Positions 20,301-35,300 of a stretch of 64,000 nt of DNA are shown here, piece after piece. Source of the DNA: Eledone cirrhosa (lineage: Eukaryota); contig OZ024756.1 of assembly GCA_964016885.1 (NCBI GenBank), positions 1,426,001 through 1,490,000 on the forward strand, given 5' to 3'. The notes beneath the pieces were generated by a model, which ran no database searches, had not been told where the DNA came from, and worked only from the letters and a program-made list of their open reading frames with translations. Positions within the stretch are counted from its first letter, which is position 1, and each line of letters starts with the position of its first letter. The position numbers and the translations under genes were made by a program.

Positions 20301-23300
20301 CAGTTCATCTATGAAGTGTGCAGTGTCAGTGATCTGGTCCTTTGTCTTGCTGTCTTCGGTACATCTATGAAGTGTGCAGTGTCAGTGATTTTGTCCTCTG
20401 TCTTGCTGTCTTCAGTTCATCTATGAAGTGTGCAGTGTCAGTGATCTCGTCCTCTGTCTTGCTGTCTTCACTACATCTATGAAGTGTGCAGTGTCAGTGA
20501 TCTGGTCCTCTGACTTGCTGTCTTCAGTTCATCTATGAAGTGTGCAGTGTCAGTGATCTGGTCCCCTGTCTTGCTGTCTTCAGTACATCCATGAAGTGTG
20601 CAGTGTCAGGGATCTGGTCCTCTGTCTTGCTGTCTTCAGTACATATATGTAGTGTCGGGGATCTGGTCCTCTGTCTTGCTATCTTCAGTACATCTATGAA
20701 GTGTGCAGTGTCAGTGATCTGGTCCTCTGTCTTGCTGTCTTCAGTACATCTATGAAGTGTGCAGTGTCAGTGATCTGGTCCACTGTCTTGCTGTCTTCGG
20801 TACATATATGAAGTGTGCAGTGTCAGTGATCTAGTCCTCTGTCTTGCTGTCTTCGGTACATATATGAAGTGTGCAGTGTCAGTGATCTAGTCCTCTGTCT
20901 TGCCGTCTTCAGTACATATATGAAGTGTGCAGTGTCAGTGATCCCGTCCTCTGTCTTGCTGTCTTCAGTTCATCTATGAAGTGTGCAGTGTCAGTGATCT
21001 CGTCCTCTGTCTTGCTGTCTTCAGTTCATCTATGAAGTGTGCAGTGTCAGTGATCTGGTCCTCTGTCTTGCTGTCTTCAGTTCATCTATGAAGTGTGCAG
21101 TGTCAGTGATCTCGTCCTCTGTCTTGCTGTCTTCAGTACATCTATGAAGTGTGCAGTGTCAGTGATCTGGTCCTCTGTCTTGCTGTCTTCAGTACATCTA
21201 TGAAGTGTGCAGTGTCAGTGATCTAGTCCTCTGTCTTTCTGTCTTCAGTTCATCTATGAAGTGTGCAGTGTCAGTGATCTGATCCTCTGTCTTGTTGTCT
21301 TCAGTACATCTATGAAGTGTGCAGTGTCAGTGATCTAGTCCTCTGTCATGCTGTCTTCAGTTCATCTATGAAGTGTGCAGTGTCAGTGATCTGGTCCTCT
21401 CTCTTGCTGTCTTCAGTACATCTATGAAGTGTGCAGTGTCAGGGATCTGATCCTGTGTCTTGCTGTCTTCAGTACATCTATGAAGTGTGCAGTGTCAGTG
21501 ATCTGGTCCTCTGTCTTGCTGTCTTCAGTACATCTATGAAGTGTGCAGTGTCAGGGATCTGGTCCTCTGTCTTGCTGTCTTCAGTACATCTATGAAGTGT
21601 GCAGTGTCAGTGATCTGGTCCTCTGTCTTGCTGTCTTCAGTACATGCAAGAAGTGTGCAGTGTCAGTGATCTGGTCCTCTGTCTTGCTGTCTTCAGTACA
21701 TCTATGAAGTGTGCAGTGTCAGGGATCTGGTCCTCTGTCTTGCTGTCTTCAGTACATCTATGAAGTGTGCAGTGGCAGTGATCTGGTCCTCTGTCTTGCT
21801 GTCTTCAGTTCGTCTATGAAGTGTGCAGTGTCAGTGATCTGGTCCTCTCTCTTGCTGTCTTCAGTACATCTATGAAGTGTGCAGTGTCAGTGATCTGGTC
21901 CTCTGTCTTGCTGTCTTCAGTACATCTATGTAGTGTGCAGTGTCAGTGATCTGGTCCTCTGTCTTGCTGTCTTCAGTACATCTATGAAGTGTGCAGTGTC
22001 AGTGATCTGGTCCTCTGTCTTGCTGTTTTCAGTACATCTATGAAGTGTGAAGTGTCAGTGATCTGGTCCTCTGTCTTGCTGTCTTCAGTTCATCTATGAA
22101 GTTTGCAGTGTCAGTGATCTGGTCCTCTGTCTTGCTGTCTTCAGTACATCTATGAAGTGTGCAGTGTCAGGGATCAGGTCCTCTGTCTTGCTGTCTTCAG
22201 TACATCTATGAAGTGTGCAGTGTCAGTGATCAGTTCCTCTGTCTTGCTGTCTTCAGTACATCTATGAAGTGTGCAGTGTCAGTGATCTGGTCTTCTGTCT
22301 TGCTGTCTTCAGTATATCTATGAAGTGTGCAGTGTCAGTGATCTGATACACGGTCTTGCTGTCTTCAGTTCATCTACGAAGTGTGCAGTGTCAGTGATCT
22401 GGTCCTCTGTCTTGCTGTCTTCATTACATCTATGAAGTGTGCAGTGTCAGGGATCTGGTCCTCTGTCTTGCTGTCTTCAGTACATCTATGAAGTGTGCAG
22501 TGTCAGTAATCTGGTCCTCTGTCTTGCTGTCTTCAGTACATCTATGAAGTGTGCAGTGTCAAAGATCTGGTCCTCTGTCTTGCTGTCTTCAGTTCATCTA
22601 TGAAGTGTGCAGTGTCAGTGATCTCGTCCTCTGTCTTGCTGTCTTCAGTTCATCCATGAAGTGTGCAGTGTCAGTGATCTGGTCCTCTGTCTTGCTGTCT
22701 TCAGTTCATCTATGAAGTGTGCAGTGTCAGTGATCTGGTCCTTTGTCTTGCTGTCTTCGGTACATCTATGAAGTGTGCAGTGTCAGTGATTTTGTCCTCT
22801 GTCTTGCTGTCTTCAGTTCATCTATGAAGTGTGCAGTGTCAGTGATCTCGTCCTCTGTCTTGCTGTCTTCACTACATCTATGAAGTGTGCAGTGTCAGTG
22901 ATCTGGTCCTCTGACTTGCTGTCTTCAGTTCATCTATGAAGTGTGCAGTGTCAGTGATCTGGTCCCCTGTCTTGCTGTCTTCAGTACATATATGTAGTGT
23001 CAGGGATCTGGTCCTCTGTCTTGCTATCTTCAGTACATCTATGAAGTGTGCAGTGTCAGTGATCTGGTCCTCTGTCTTGCTGTCTTCAGTACATCTATGA
23101 AGTGTGCAGTGTCAGTGATCTGGTCCTCTGTCTTGCTGTCTTCAGTACATCTATGAAGTGTGCAGTGTCAGTAATCTGGTCCTCTGTCTTGCTGTCTTCA
23201 GTTCATATATGAAGTGTGCAGTGTCAGTGATCTGGTCCTCTGTCTTGCTGTCTTTGGTACATCTATGAAGTGTGCAGTGTCAGTGATTTGGTCCTCTGTC

Positions 23301-26300
23301 TTGCTGTCTTCAGTACATCTATGAAGTGTGCAGTGTCAGGGATCTGGTCCTCTGTCTTGCTGTCTTCAGTACATCTATGAAGTGTGCAGTGTCAGTGATT
23401 TTGTCCTCTGTCTTGCTGTCTTCAGTTCATCTATGAAGTGTGCAGTGTCAGTGATCTCGTCCTCTGTCTTGCTGTCTTCAGTACATCTATGAAGTGTACA
23501 GTGTCAGGGATCTGGTCCTCTGTCTTGCTATCTTCAGTACATCTATGAAGTGTGCAGTGTCAGTGATCTGGTCCTCTGTCTTGCTGTCTTCAGTACATCT
23601 ATGAAGTGTGCAGTGTCAGTGATCTGGTCCTCTGTCTTGCTGTCTTCAGTACATCTATGAAGTGTGCAGTGTCAGTAATCTGGTCCTCTGTCTTGCTGTC
23701 TTCAGTTCACCTATGAAGTGTGCAGTGTCAGTGATCTGGTCCTCTGTCTTGCTGTCTTCGGTACATCTATGAAGTGTGCAGTGTCAGTGATTTGGTCCTC
23801 TGTCTTGCTGTCTTCAGTACATCTATGAAGTGTGCAGTGTCAGGGATCTGGTCCTCTGTCTTGCTGTCTTCAGTACATCTATGAAGTGTGCAGTGTCAGG
23901 GATCTGGTCCTCTGTCTTGCTGTCTTCAGTACATCTATGAAGTGTGCAGTGTCAGTGATCTGGTCCTCTGTCTTGCTGTCTTCAGTTCATCTATGAAGTG
24001 TGCAGTGTCAGTGATCTGGTCCTCTGTCTTGCTGTCTTCAGTTCATCCATGAAGTGTGCAGTGTCAGTGATCTGGTCCTCTGTCTTGCTGTTTTCAGTTC
24101 ATCTATGAAGTGTGCAGTGTCAGTGATCTGGTCCTCTGTCTTGCTGTCTTCGGTACATCTATGAAGTGTGCAGTGTCAGTGATTTGGTCCTCTGTCTTGC
24201 TGTCTTCAGTTCATCTATGAAGTGTGCAGTGTCAGTGATCTAGTCCTCTGTCTTGCTGTCTTCGGTACATATATGAAGTGTGCAGTGTCAGTGATCTAGT
24301 CCTCTGTCTTGCCGTCTTCAGTACATATATGAAATGTGCAGTGTCAGTGATCCCGTCCTCTGTCTTGCTGTCTTCAGTTCATCTATGAAGTGTGCAGTGT
24401 CAGTGATCTCGTCCTCTGTCTTGCTGTCTTCAGTTCATCTATGAAGTGTGCAGTGTCAGTGATCTGGTCCTCTGTCTTGCTGTCTTCAGTTCATCTATGA
24501 AGTGTGCAGTGTCAGTGATCTCGTCCTCTGTCTTGCTGTCTTCAGTACATCTATGAAGTGTGCAGTGTCAGTGATCTGGTCCTCTGTCTTGCTGTCTTCA
24601 GTACATCTATGAAGTGTGCAGTGTCAGGGATCTGGTCCTCTGTCTTTCTGTCTTCAGTTCATCTATGAAGTGTGCAGTGTCAGTGATCTGATCCTCTGTC
24701 TTGTTGTCTTCAGTACATCTATGAAGTGTGCAGTGTCAGTGATCTAGTCCTCTGTCATGCTGTCTTCAGTTCATCTATGAAGTGTGCAGTGTCAGTGATC
24801 TGGTCCTCTGTCTTGCTGTCTTCAGTTCATATATGAAGTGTGCTGTGTCAGTGATCTGGTCCTCTGTCTTGCTGTCTTCAGTTCATATATGAAGTGTGCA
24901 GTGTCAGTGATCTCGTCCTCTGTCTTGCTGTCTTCAGTACATCTATGAAGTGTACAGTGTCAGGGATCTGGTCCTCTGTCTTGCTATCTTCAGTACATCT
25001 ATGAAGTGTGCAGTGTCAGTGATCTGGTCCTCTGTCTTGCTGTCTTCAGTACATCTATGAAGTGTGCAGTGTCAGTGATCTGGTCCTCTGTCTTGCTGTC
25101 TTCAGTACATCTATGAAGTGTGCAGTGTCAGTAATCTGGTCCTCTGTCTTGCTGTCTTCAGTTCACCTATGAAGTGTGCAGTGTCAGTGATCTGGTCCTC
25201 TGTCTTGCTGTCTTCGGTACATCTATGAAGTGTGCAGTGTCAGTGATTTGGTCCTCTGTCTTGCTGTCTTCAGTACATCTATGAAGTGTGCAGTGTCAGG
25301 GATCTGGTCCTCTGTCTTGCTGTCTTCAGTACATCTATGAAGTGTGCAGTGTCAGGGATCTGGTCCTCTGTCTTGCTGTCTTCAGTACATCTATGAAGTG
25401 TGCAGTGTCAGTGATCTGGTCCTCTGTCTTGCTGTCTTCAGTTCATCTATGAAGTGTGCAGTGTCAGTGATCTGGTCCTCTGTCTTGCTGTCTTCAGTTC
25501 ATCCATGAAGTGTGCAGTGTCAGTGATCTGGTCCTCTGTCTTGCTGTTTTCAGTTCATCTATGAAGTGTGCAGTGTCAGTGATCTGGTCCTCTGTCTTGC
25601 TGTCTTCGGTACATCTATGAAGTGTGCAGTGTCAGTGATTTGGTCCTCTGTCTTGCTGTCTTCAGTTCATCTATGAAGTGTGCAGTGTCAGTGATCTAGT
25701 CCTCTGTCTTGCTGTCTTCGGTACATATATGAAGTGTGCAGTGTCAGTGATCTAGTCCTCTGTCTTGCCGTCTTCAGTACATATATGAAATGTGCAGTGT
25801 CAGTGATCCCGTCCTCTGTCTTGCTGTCTTCAGTTCATCTATGAAGTGTGCAGTGTCAGTGATCTCGTCCTCTGTCTTGCTGTCTTCAGTTCATCTATGA
25901 AGTGTGCAGTGTCAGTGATCTGGTCCTCTGTCTTGCTGTCTTCAGTTCATCTATGAAGTGTGCAGTGTCAGTGATCTCGTCCTCTGTCTTGCTGTCTTCA
26001 GTACATCTATGAAGTGTGCAGTGTCAGTGATCTGGTCCTCTGTCTTGCTGTCTTCAGTACATCTATGAAGTGTGCAGTGTCAGGGATCTGGTCCTCTGTC
26101 TTTCTGTCTTCAGTTCATCTATGAAGTGTGCAGTGTCAGTGATCTGATCCTCTGTCTTGTTGTCTTCAGTACATCTATGAAGTGTGCAGTGTCAGTGATC
26201 TAGTCCTCTGTCATGCTGTCTTCAGTTCATCTATGAAGTGTGCAGTGTCAGTGATCTGGTCCTCTGTCTTGCTGTCTTCAGTTCATATATGAAGTGTGCT

Positions 26301-29300
26301 GTGTCAGTGATCTGGTCCTCTGTCTTGCTGTCTTCAGTTCGTCTATGAAGTGTGCAGTGTCAGTGATCTGGTCCTCTCTCTTGCTGTCTTCAGTACATCT
26401 ATGAAGTGTGCAGTGTCAGTGATCTGGTCCTCTGTCTTGCTGTCTTCAGTACATCTATGTAGTGTGCAGTGTCAGTGATCTGGTCCTCTGTCTTGCTGTC
26501 TTCAGTACATCTATGAAGTGTGCAGTGTCAGTGATCTGGTCCTCTGTCTTGCTGTTTTCAGTACATCTATGAAGTGTGAAGTGTCAGTGATCTGGTCCTC
26601 TGTCTTGCTGTCTTCAGTACATCTATGAAGTGTGCAGTGTCAGTGATCAGTTCCTCTGTCTTGCTGTCTTCAGTTCATCTATGAAGTGTGCAGTGTCAGT
26701 GATCTGGTCCTCTGTCTTGCTGTCTTCGGTACATCTATGAAGTGTATGAAGTGTGCAGTGTCAGGGATCAGGTCCTCTGTCTTGCTGTCTTCAGTACATC
26801 TATGAAGTGTGCAGTGTCAGTGATCAGTTCCTCTGTCTTGCTGTCTTCAGTACATCTATGAAGTGTGCAGTGTCAGTGATCTGGTCTTCTGTCTTGCTGT
26901 CTTCAGTACATCTATGAAGTGTGCAGTGTCAGTGATCTGGTACACGGTCTTGCTGTCTTCAGTTCATCTATGAAGTGTGCAGTGTCAGTGATCTGGTCCT
27001 CTGTCTTGCTGTCTTCATTACATCTATGAAGTGTGCAGTGTCAGGGATCTGGTCCTCTGTCTTGCTGTCTTCAGTACATCTATGAAGTGTGCAGTGTCAG
27101 TAATCTGGTCCTCTGTCTTGCTGTCTTCAGTACATCTATGAACTGTGCAGTGTCAAAGATCTGGTCCTCTGTCTTGCTGTCTTCAGTTCATCTATGAAGT
27201 GTGCAGTGTCAGTGATCTCGTCCTCTGTCTTGCTGTCTTCAGTTCATCCATGAAGTGTGCAGTGTCAGTGATCTGGTCCTCTGTCTTGCTGTCTTCAGTT
27301 CATCTATGAAGTGTGCAGTGTCAGTGATCTGGTCCTTTGTCTTGCTGTCTTCGGTACATCTATGAAGTGTGCAGTGTCAGTGATTTTGTCCTCTGTCTTG
27401 CTGTCTTCAGTTCATCTATGAAGTGTGCAGTGTCAGTGATCTCGTCCTCTGTCTTGCTGTCTTCACTACATCTATGAAGTGTGCAGTGTCAGTGATCTGG
27501 TCCTCTGACCTGCTGTCTTCAGTTCATCTATGAAGTGTGCAGTGTCAGTGATCTGGTCCCCTGTCTTGCTGTCTTCAGTACATCCATGAAGTGTGCAGTG
27601 TCAGGGATCTGGTCCTCTGTCTTGCTGTCTTCAGTACATATATGTAGTGTCAGGGATCTGGTCCTCTGTCTTGCTATCTTCAGTACATCTATGAAGTGTG
27701 CAGTGTCAGTGATCTGGTCCTCTGTCTTGCTGTCTTCAGTACATCTATGAAGTGTGCAGTGTCAGTGATCTGGTTCTCTGTCTTGCTGTCTTCGGTACAT
27801 ATATGAAGTGTGCAGTGTCAGTGATCTAGTCCTCTGTCTTGCTGTCTTCGGTACATATATGAAGTGTGCAGTGTCAGTGATCTAGTCCTCTGTCTTGCCG
27901 TCTTCAGTACATATATGAAGTGTGCAGTGTCAGTGATCCCGTCCTCTGTCTTGCTGTCTTCAGTTCATCTATGAAGTGTGCAGTGTCAGTGATCTCGTCC
28001 TCTGTCTTGCTGTCTTCAGTTCATCTATGAAGTGTGCAGTGTCAGTGATCTCGTCCTCTGTCTTGCTGTCTTCAGTTCATCTATGAAGTGTGCAGTGTCA
28101 GTGATCTCGTCCTCTGTCTTGCTGTCTTCAGTACATCTATGAAGTGTGCAGTGTCAGTGATCTGGTCCTCTGTCTTGCTGTCTTCAGTACATCTATGAAG
28201 TGTGCAGTGTCAGGGATCTGGTCCTCTGTCTTTCTGTCTTCAGTTCATCTATGAAGTGTGCAGTGTCAGTGATCTGATCCTCTGTCTTGTTGTCTTCAGT
28301 ACATCTATGAAGTGTGCAGTGTCAGTGATCTAGTCCTCTGTCATGCTGTCTTCAGTTCATCTATGAAGTGTGCAGTGTCAGTGATCTGGTCCTCTCTCTT
28401 GCTGTCTTCAGTACATCTATGAAGTGTGCAGTGTCAGGGATCTGATCCTGTGTCTTGCTGTCTTCAGTACATCTATGAAGTGTGCAGTGTCAGTGATCTG
28501 GTCCTCTGTCTTGCTGTCTTCAGTACATCTATGAAGTGTGCAGTGTCAGGGATCTGGTCCTCTGTCTTGCTGTCTTCAGTACATCTATGAAGTGTGCAGT
28601 GTCAGTGATCTGGTCCTCTGTCTTGCTGTCTTCAGTACATCCAAGAAGTGTGCAGTGTCAGTGATCTGGTCCTCTGTCTTGCTGTCTTCAGTACATCTAT
28701 GAAGTGTGCAGTGTCAGTGATCTGGTCCTCTGTCTTGCTGTCTTCAGTTCATATATGAAGTGTGCTGTGTCAGTGATCTGGTCCTCTGTCTTGCTGTCTT
28801 CAGTTCGTCTATGAAGTGTGCAGTGTCAGTGATCTGGTCCTCTCTCTTGCTGTCTTCAGTACATCTATGAAGTGTGCAGTGTCAGTGATCTGGTCCTCTG
28901 TCTTGCTGTCTTCAGTACATCTATGTAGTGTGCAGTGTCAGTGATCTGGTCCTCTGTCTTGCTGTCTTCAGTACATCTATGAAGTGTGCAGTGTCAGTGA
29001 TCTGGTCCTCTGTCTTGCTGTTTTCAGTACATCTATGAAGTGTGAAGTGTCAGTGATCTGGTCCTCTGTCTTGCTGTCTTCAGTTCATCTATGAAGTGTG
29101 CAGTGTCAGTGATCTGGTCCTCTGTCTTGCTGTCTTCAGTACATCTATGAAGTGTGCAGTGTCAGGGATCAGGTCCTCTGTCTTGCTGTCTTCAGTACAT
29201 CTATGAAGTGTGCAGTGTCAGTGATCAGTTCCTCTGTCTTGCTGTCTTCAGTACATCTATGAAGTGTGCAGTGTCAGTGATCTGGTCTTCTGTCTTGCTG

Positions 29301-32300
29301 TCTTCAGTACATCTATGAAGTGTGCAGTGTCAGTGATCTGGTACACGGTCTTGCTGTCTTCAGTTCATCTATGAAGTGTGCAGTGTCAGTGATCTGGTCC
29401 TCTGTCTTGCTGTCTTCATTACATCTATGAAGTGTGCAGTGTCAGGGATCTGGTCCTCTGTCTTGCTGTCTTCAGTACATCTATGAAGTGTGCAGTGTCA
29501 GTAATCTGGTCCTCTGTCTTGCTTGTCTTCAGTACATCTATGAAGTGTGCAGTGTCAAAGATCTGGTCCTCTGTCTTGCTGTCTTCAGTTCATCTATGAA
29601 GTGTGCAGTGTCAGTGATCTCGTCCTCTGTCTTGCTGTCTTCAGTTCATCCATGAAGTGTGCAGTGTCAGTGATCTGGTCCTCTGTCTTGCTGTCTTCAG
29701 TTCATCTATGAAGTGTGCAGTGTCAGTGATCTGGTCCTTTGTCTTGCTGTCTTCGGTACATCTATGAAGTGTGCAGTGTCAGTGATTTTGTCCTCTGTCT
29801 TGCTGTCTTCAGTTCATCTATGAAGTGTGCAGTGTCAGTGATCTCGTCCTCTGTCTTGCTGTCTTCACTACATCTATGAAGTGTGCAGTGTCAGTGATCT
29901 GGTCCTCTGACTTGCTGTCTTCAGTTCATCTATGAAGTGTGCAGTGTCAGTGATCTGGTCCCCTGTCTTGCTGTCTTCAGTACATCCATGAAGTGTGCAG
30001 TGTCAGGGATCTGGTCCTCTGTCTTGCTGTCTTCAGTACATATATGTAGTGTCAGGGATCTGGTCCTCTGTCTTGCTATCTTCAGTACATCTATGAAGTG
30101 TGCAGTGTCAGTGATCTGGTCCTCTGTCTTGCTGTCTTCAGTACATCTATGAAGTGTGCAGTGTCAGTGATCTGGTCCTCTGTCTTGCTGTCTTCAGTAC
30201 ATCTATGAAGTGTGCAGTGTCAGTAATCTGGTCCTCTGTCTTGCTGTCTTCAGTTCATCTATGAAGTGTGCATTGTCAGTGATCTGGTCCTCTGTCTTGC
30301 TGTCTTCGGTACATCTATGAAGTGTGCAGTGTCAGTGATCTGGTCCTCTGTCTTGCTGTCTTCAGTACATCTATGAAGTGTGCAGTGTCAGTGATTTGGT
30401 CCTCTGTCTTGCTGTCTTCAGTACATCTATGAAGTGTGCAGTGTCAGGGATCTGGTCCTCTGTCTTGCTGTCTTCAGTACATCTATGAAGTGTGCAGTGT
30501 CAGGGATCTGGTCCTCTGTCTTGCTGTCTTCAGTACATCTATGAAGTGTGCAGTGTCAGTGATCTGGTCCTCTGTCTTGCTGTCTTCACTACATCTATGA
30601 AGTGTGCAGTGTCAGTAATCTGGTCCTCTGTCTTGCTGTCTTCAGTTCATCTATAAAGTGTGCAGTGTCAGTGATCTAGTCCTCTGTCTTGCTGTCTTCA
30701 GTTCATCTATGAAGTGTGCAGTGTCAGTGATCTGATCCTCTGTCTTGCTGTCTTCAGTACATCTATGAAGTGTGCAGTGTCAGTGATCTAGTCCTCTGTC
30801 TTGCTGTCTTCAGTTCATCTATGAAGTGTGCAGTGTCAGTGATCTAGTCCGCTATCTTGCTGTCTTCAGTACATCTATGAAGTGTGCAGTGTCAGGGATC
30901 TGGTCCTCTGTCTTGCTGTCTTCAGTTCATCTATGAAGTGTGCAGTGTCAGTGATCTGATCCTCTGTCTTGCTGTCTTCAGTACATCTATGAAGTGTGCA
31001 GTGTCAGTGATCTAGTCCTCTGTCTTGCTGTCTCCAGTTCATCTATGAAGTGTGCAGTGTCAGTGATCTAGTCCTCTGTCTTGCTTTCTTCGGTACATAT
31101 ATGAAGTGTGCAGTGTCAGTGATCTAGTCCTCTGTCTTGCCGTCTTCAGTACATATATGTAGTGTGCAGTGTCAGTGATCTAGACCTCTGTCTTGCTGTC
31201 TTCAGTTCATCTATGAAGTGTGCAGTGTCAGTGATCTCGTCCTCTGTCTTGCTGTCTCCAGTTCATCTATGAAGTGTGCAGTGTCAGTGATCTGGTCCTC
31301 TGTCTTGCTGTCTTCAGTTCATCTATGAAGTGTGCAGTGTCAGTGATCTCGTCCTCTGTCTTGCTGTCTTCAGTTCATCTATGAAGTGTGCAGTGTCAGT
31401 GATCTGGTCCTCTGTCTTGCTGTCTTCAGTTCATCTATGAAGTGTGCAGTGTCAGTGATCTGGTCCTCTGTCTTGCTGTCTTCAGTTCATCTATGAAGTG
31501 TGCAGTGTCAGTGATCTGATCCTCTGTCTTGCTGTCTTCAGTACATCTATGGAGTGTGCAGTGTCAGTGATCTAGTCCTCTGTCTTGCTGTCTTCAGTTC
31601 ATCTATGAAGTGTGCAGTGTCAGTGATCTGGTCCTCTGTCTTGCTGTCTTCAGTACATCTATGAAGTGTGCAGTGTCAGGGATCTGATCCTGTGTCTTGC
31701 TGTCTTCAGTACATCTATGAAGTGTGCAGTGTCAGTGATCTGGTCCTCTGTTTTGCTGTCTTCAGTACATCTATGAAGTGTGCAGTGTCAGTGATCTCTT
31801 CCTCTGTCTTGCTGTCTTCAGTTCATCTATGAAGTGTGCAGTGTCAGTGATCTCGTACTCTGTCTTGCTGTCTTCAGTTCATCTATGAAGTGTGCAGTGT
31901 CAGTGATCTCGTCCTCTGTCTTGCTGTCTTCAGTTCATCTATGAAGTGTGCAGTGTCAGTGATCTCGTACTCTGTCTTGCTGTCTTCAGTACATCTATGA
32001 AGTGTGCAGTGTCAGTGATCTCTTCCTCTGTCTTGCTGTCTTCAGTTCATCTATGAAGTGTGCAGTGTCAGTGATCTCGTACTCTGTCTTGCTGTCTTCA
32101 GTTCATCTATGAAGTGTGCAGTGTCAGTGATCTCGTCCTCTGTCTTGCTGTCTTCAGTACATCTATGAAGTGTGCAGTGTCAGTAATCTGGTCCTCTGAC
32201 TTGTTGTCTTCAGTACATCTATGAAGTGTGCAGTGTCAGTGATCTAGTCCTCTGTCATGCTGTCTTCAGTTCATCTATGAAGTGTGCAGTGTCAGTGATC

Positions 32301-35300
32301 TAATCCTGTGTCTTGCTGTCTTCAGTACATCTATGAAGTGTGCAGTGTCAGTGATCTGGTCCTCTGTCTTGCTGTCTTCAGTACATCTATGAAGTGTGCA
32401 GTGTCAGTGATCTCGTCCTCTGTCTTGCTGTCTTCAATTCATCTATGAAGTGTGCAGTGTCAGTGATCTCGTCCTCTGTCTTGCTGTCTTCAGTTCATCT
32501 ATGAAGTGTGCAGTGTCAGTGATCTGGTCCTCTGTCTTGCTGTCTTCAGTTCATCCATGAAGAGTGCAGTGTCAGTGATCTGGTCCTCTGTCTTGCTGTC
32601 TTCAGTTCATCTATGAAGTGTGCAGTGTCAGTGATCTGGTCCTCTGTCTTGCTGTCTTCGGTACATCTATGAATTTTTCAGTGTCAGTGATTTGGTCCTC
32701 TGTCTTGCTGTCTTCAGTTCATCTATGAAGTGTGCAGTGTCAGTGATCTCGTCCTCTGTCTTGCTGTCTTCACTACATCTATGAAGTGTGCAGTGTCAGT
32801 GATCTGGTCCTTTGTCTTGCTGTCTTCAGTTCATTTATGAAGTGTGCAGTGTCAGGGATCTGGTCCTCTGTCTTGCTGTCTTCAGTACATCTATGAAGTG
32901 TGCAGTGTCAGGGATCTGGACCTCTGTCTTGCTGTCTTCAGTACATCTATGAAGTGTGCAGTGTCAGTGATCTGGTCCGCTGTCTTGCTGTCTTCAGTAC
33001 ATCTATGAAGTGTGCAGTGTCAGTAATCTGGTCCTCTGTCTTGCTGTCTTCAGTTCATCTATGAAGTGTGCAGTGTCAGTGATCTAGTCTTCTGTCTTGC
33101 TGTCTTCAGTTCATCTATGAAGTGTGCAGTGTCAGTGATCTGCTCCTCTGTCTTGCTGTCTTCAGTTCATCTATGAAGTGTGCAGTGTCAGTGATCTGGT
33201 CCTCTGTCTTGCTGTCTTCAGTACATCTATGAAGTGTGCAGTGTCAGGGATCTGGTCCTCTGTCTTGCTGTCTTCAGTACATCTATGAAGTGTGCAGTGT
33301 CAGGGATCTGGTCCTCTGTCTTGCTGTCTTCAGTACATCTATGAAGTGTGCAGTGTCAGTGATCTGGTCCTCTGTCTTGCTGTCTTCAGTACATCCAAGA
33401 AGTGTGCAGTGTCAGTGATCTGGTCCTCTGTCTTGCTGTCTTCAGTACATCTATGAAGTGTGCAGTGTCAGTGATCTGGTCCTCTGTCTTGCTGTCTTCA
33501 GTTCATCTATGAAGTGTGCAGTATCAGTGATCTGGTCCTCTGTCTTGCTGTCTTCAGTTCGTCTATGAGGTGTGCAGTGTCAGTGATCTTGTCCTCTCCC
33601 TTGCTGTCTTCAGTACATCTATGAAGTGTGCAGTGTCAGTGATCTGGTCCTCTGTCTTGCTGTCTTCAGTACATCTATGTAGTGTGCAGTGTCAGTGATC
33701 TGGTCCTCTGTCTTGCTGTATTCAGTACATCTATGAAATGTGCAGTGTCAGTGATCTGGTCCTCTGTCTTGCTGTCTTCAGTACATCTATGAAGTGTGCA
33801 GTGTCAGTGATCTGGTCCTCTGTCTTGCTGTCTTCAGTTCATCTATGAAGTGTGCAGTGTCAGTGATCTGGTCCTCTGTCTTGCTGTCTTCGGTACATCT
33901 ATGAAGTGTGCAGTGTCAGGGATCTGATCCTCTGTCTTGCTGTCTTCAGTACATCTATGAAGTGTGCAGTGTCAGTGATCTGGTCCTCTGTCTTGCTGTC
34001 TTCAGTACATCTATGAAGTGTGCAGTGTCAGTGATCTGGTCCTCTGTCTTGCTGTCTTCAGTACATCTATGAAGTGTGCAGTGTCAGTAATCTGGTCCTC
34101 TGTCTTGCTGTCTTCAATACATCTATGAAGTGTGCAGTGTCAGGGATCTGGTCCTCTGTCTTGCTGTCTTCAGTACATCTATGAAGTGTGCAGTGTCAGG
34201 GATCTGGTCCTCTGTCTTGCTGTCTTCAGTACATCTATGAAGTGTGCAGTGTCAGTGATCTGGTCCTCTGTCTTGCTGTCTTCAGTACATCCAAGAAGTG
34301 TGCAGTGTCAGTGATCTGGTCCTCTGTCTTGCTGTTTTCAGTACATCTATGAAGTGTGCAGTGTCAGTGATCTGGTCCTCTGTCTTGCTGTCGTCGGTAC
34401 ATCTATGAATTTTGCAGTGTCAGTGATTTGGTCCTCTGTCTTGCTGTCTTCAGTTCATCTATGAAGTATGCAGTGTCAGTGATCTCGTCCTCTGTCTTGC
34501 TGTCTTCACTACATCTATGAAGTGTGCAGTGTCAGTGATCTGGTTCTCTGTCTTGCTGTCTTCAGTTCATTTATGAAGTGTGCAGTGTCAGTGATCTGGT
34601 CCTCTGTCTTGCTGTCTTTGGTACATCTATGAAGTGTGCAGTGTCAGTGATTTGGTCCTCTGTCTTGCTGTCTTCAGTACATCTATGAAGTGTGCAGTGT
34701 CAGGGATCTGGTCCTCTGTCTTGCTGTCTTCAGTACATCTATGAAGTGTGCAGTGTCAGTGATTTTGTCCTCTGTCTTGCTGTCTTCAGTTCATCTATGA
34801 AGTGTGCAGTGTCAGTGATCTCGTCCTCTGTCTTGCTGTCTTCAGTACATCTATGAAGTGTACAGTGTCAGGGATCTGGTCCTCTGTCTTGCTATCTTCA
34901 GTACATCTATGAAGTGTGCAGTGTCAGTGATCTGGTCCTCTGTCTTGCTGTCTTCAGTACATCTATGAAGTGTGCAGTGTCAGTGATCTGGTCCTCTGTC
35001 TTGCTGTCTTCAGTACATCTATGAAGTGTGCAGTGTCAGTAATCTGGTCCTCTGTCTTGCTGTCTTCAGTTCACCTATGAAGTGTGCAGTGTCAGTGATC
35101 TGGTCCTCTGTCTTGCTGTCTTCGGTACATCTATGAAGTGTGCAGTGTCAGTGATTTGGTCCTCTGTCTTGCTGTCTTCAGTACATCTATGAAGTGTGCA
35201 GTGTCAGGGATCTGGTCCTCTGTCTTGCTGTCTTCAGTACATCTATGAAGTGTGCAGTGTCAGGGATCTGGTCCTCTGTCTTGCTGTCTTCAGTACATCT

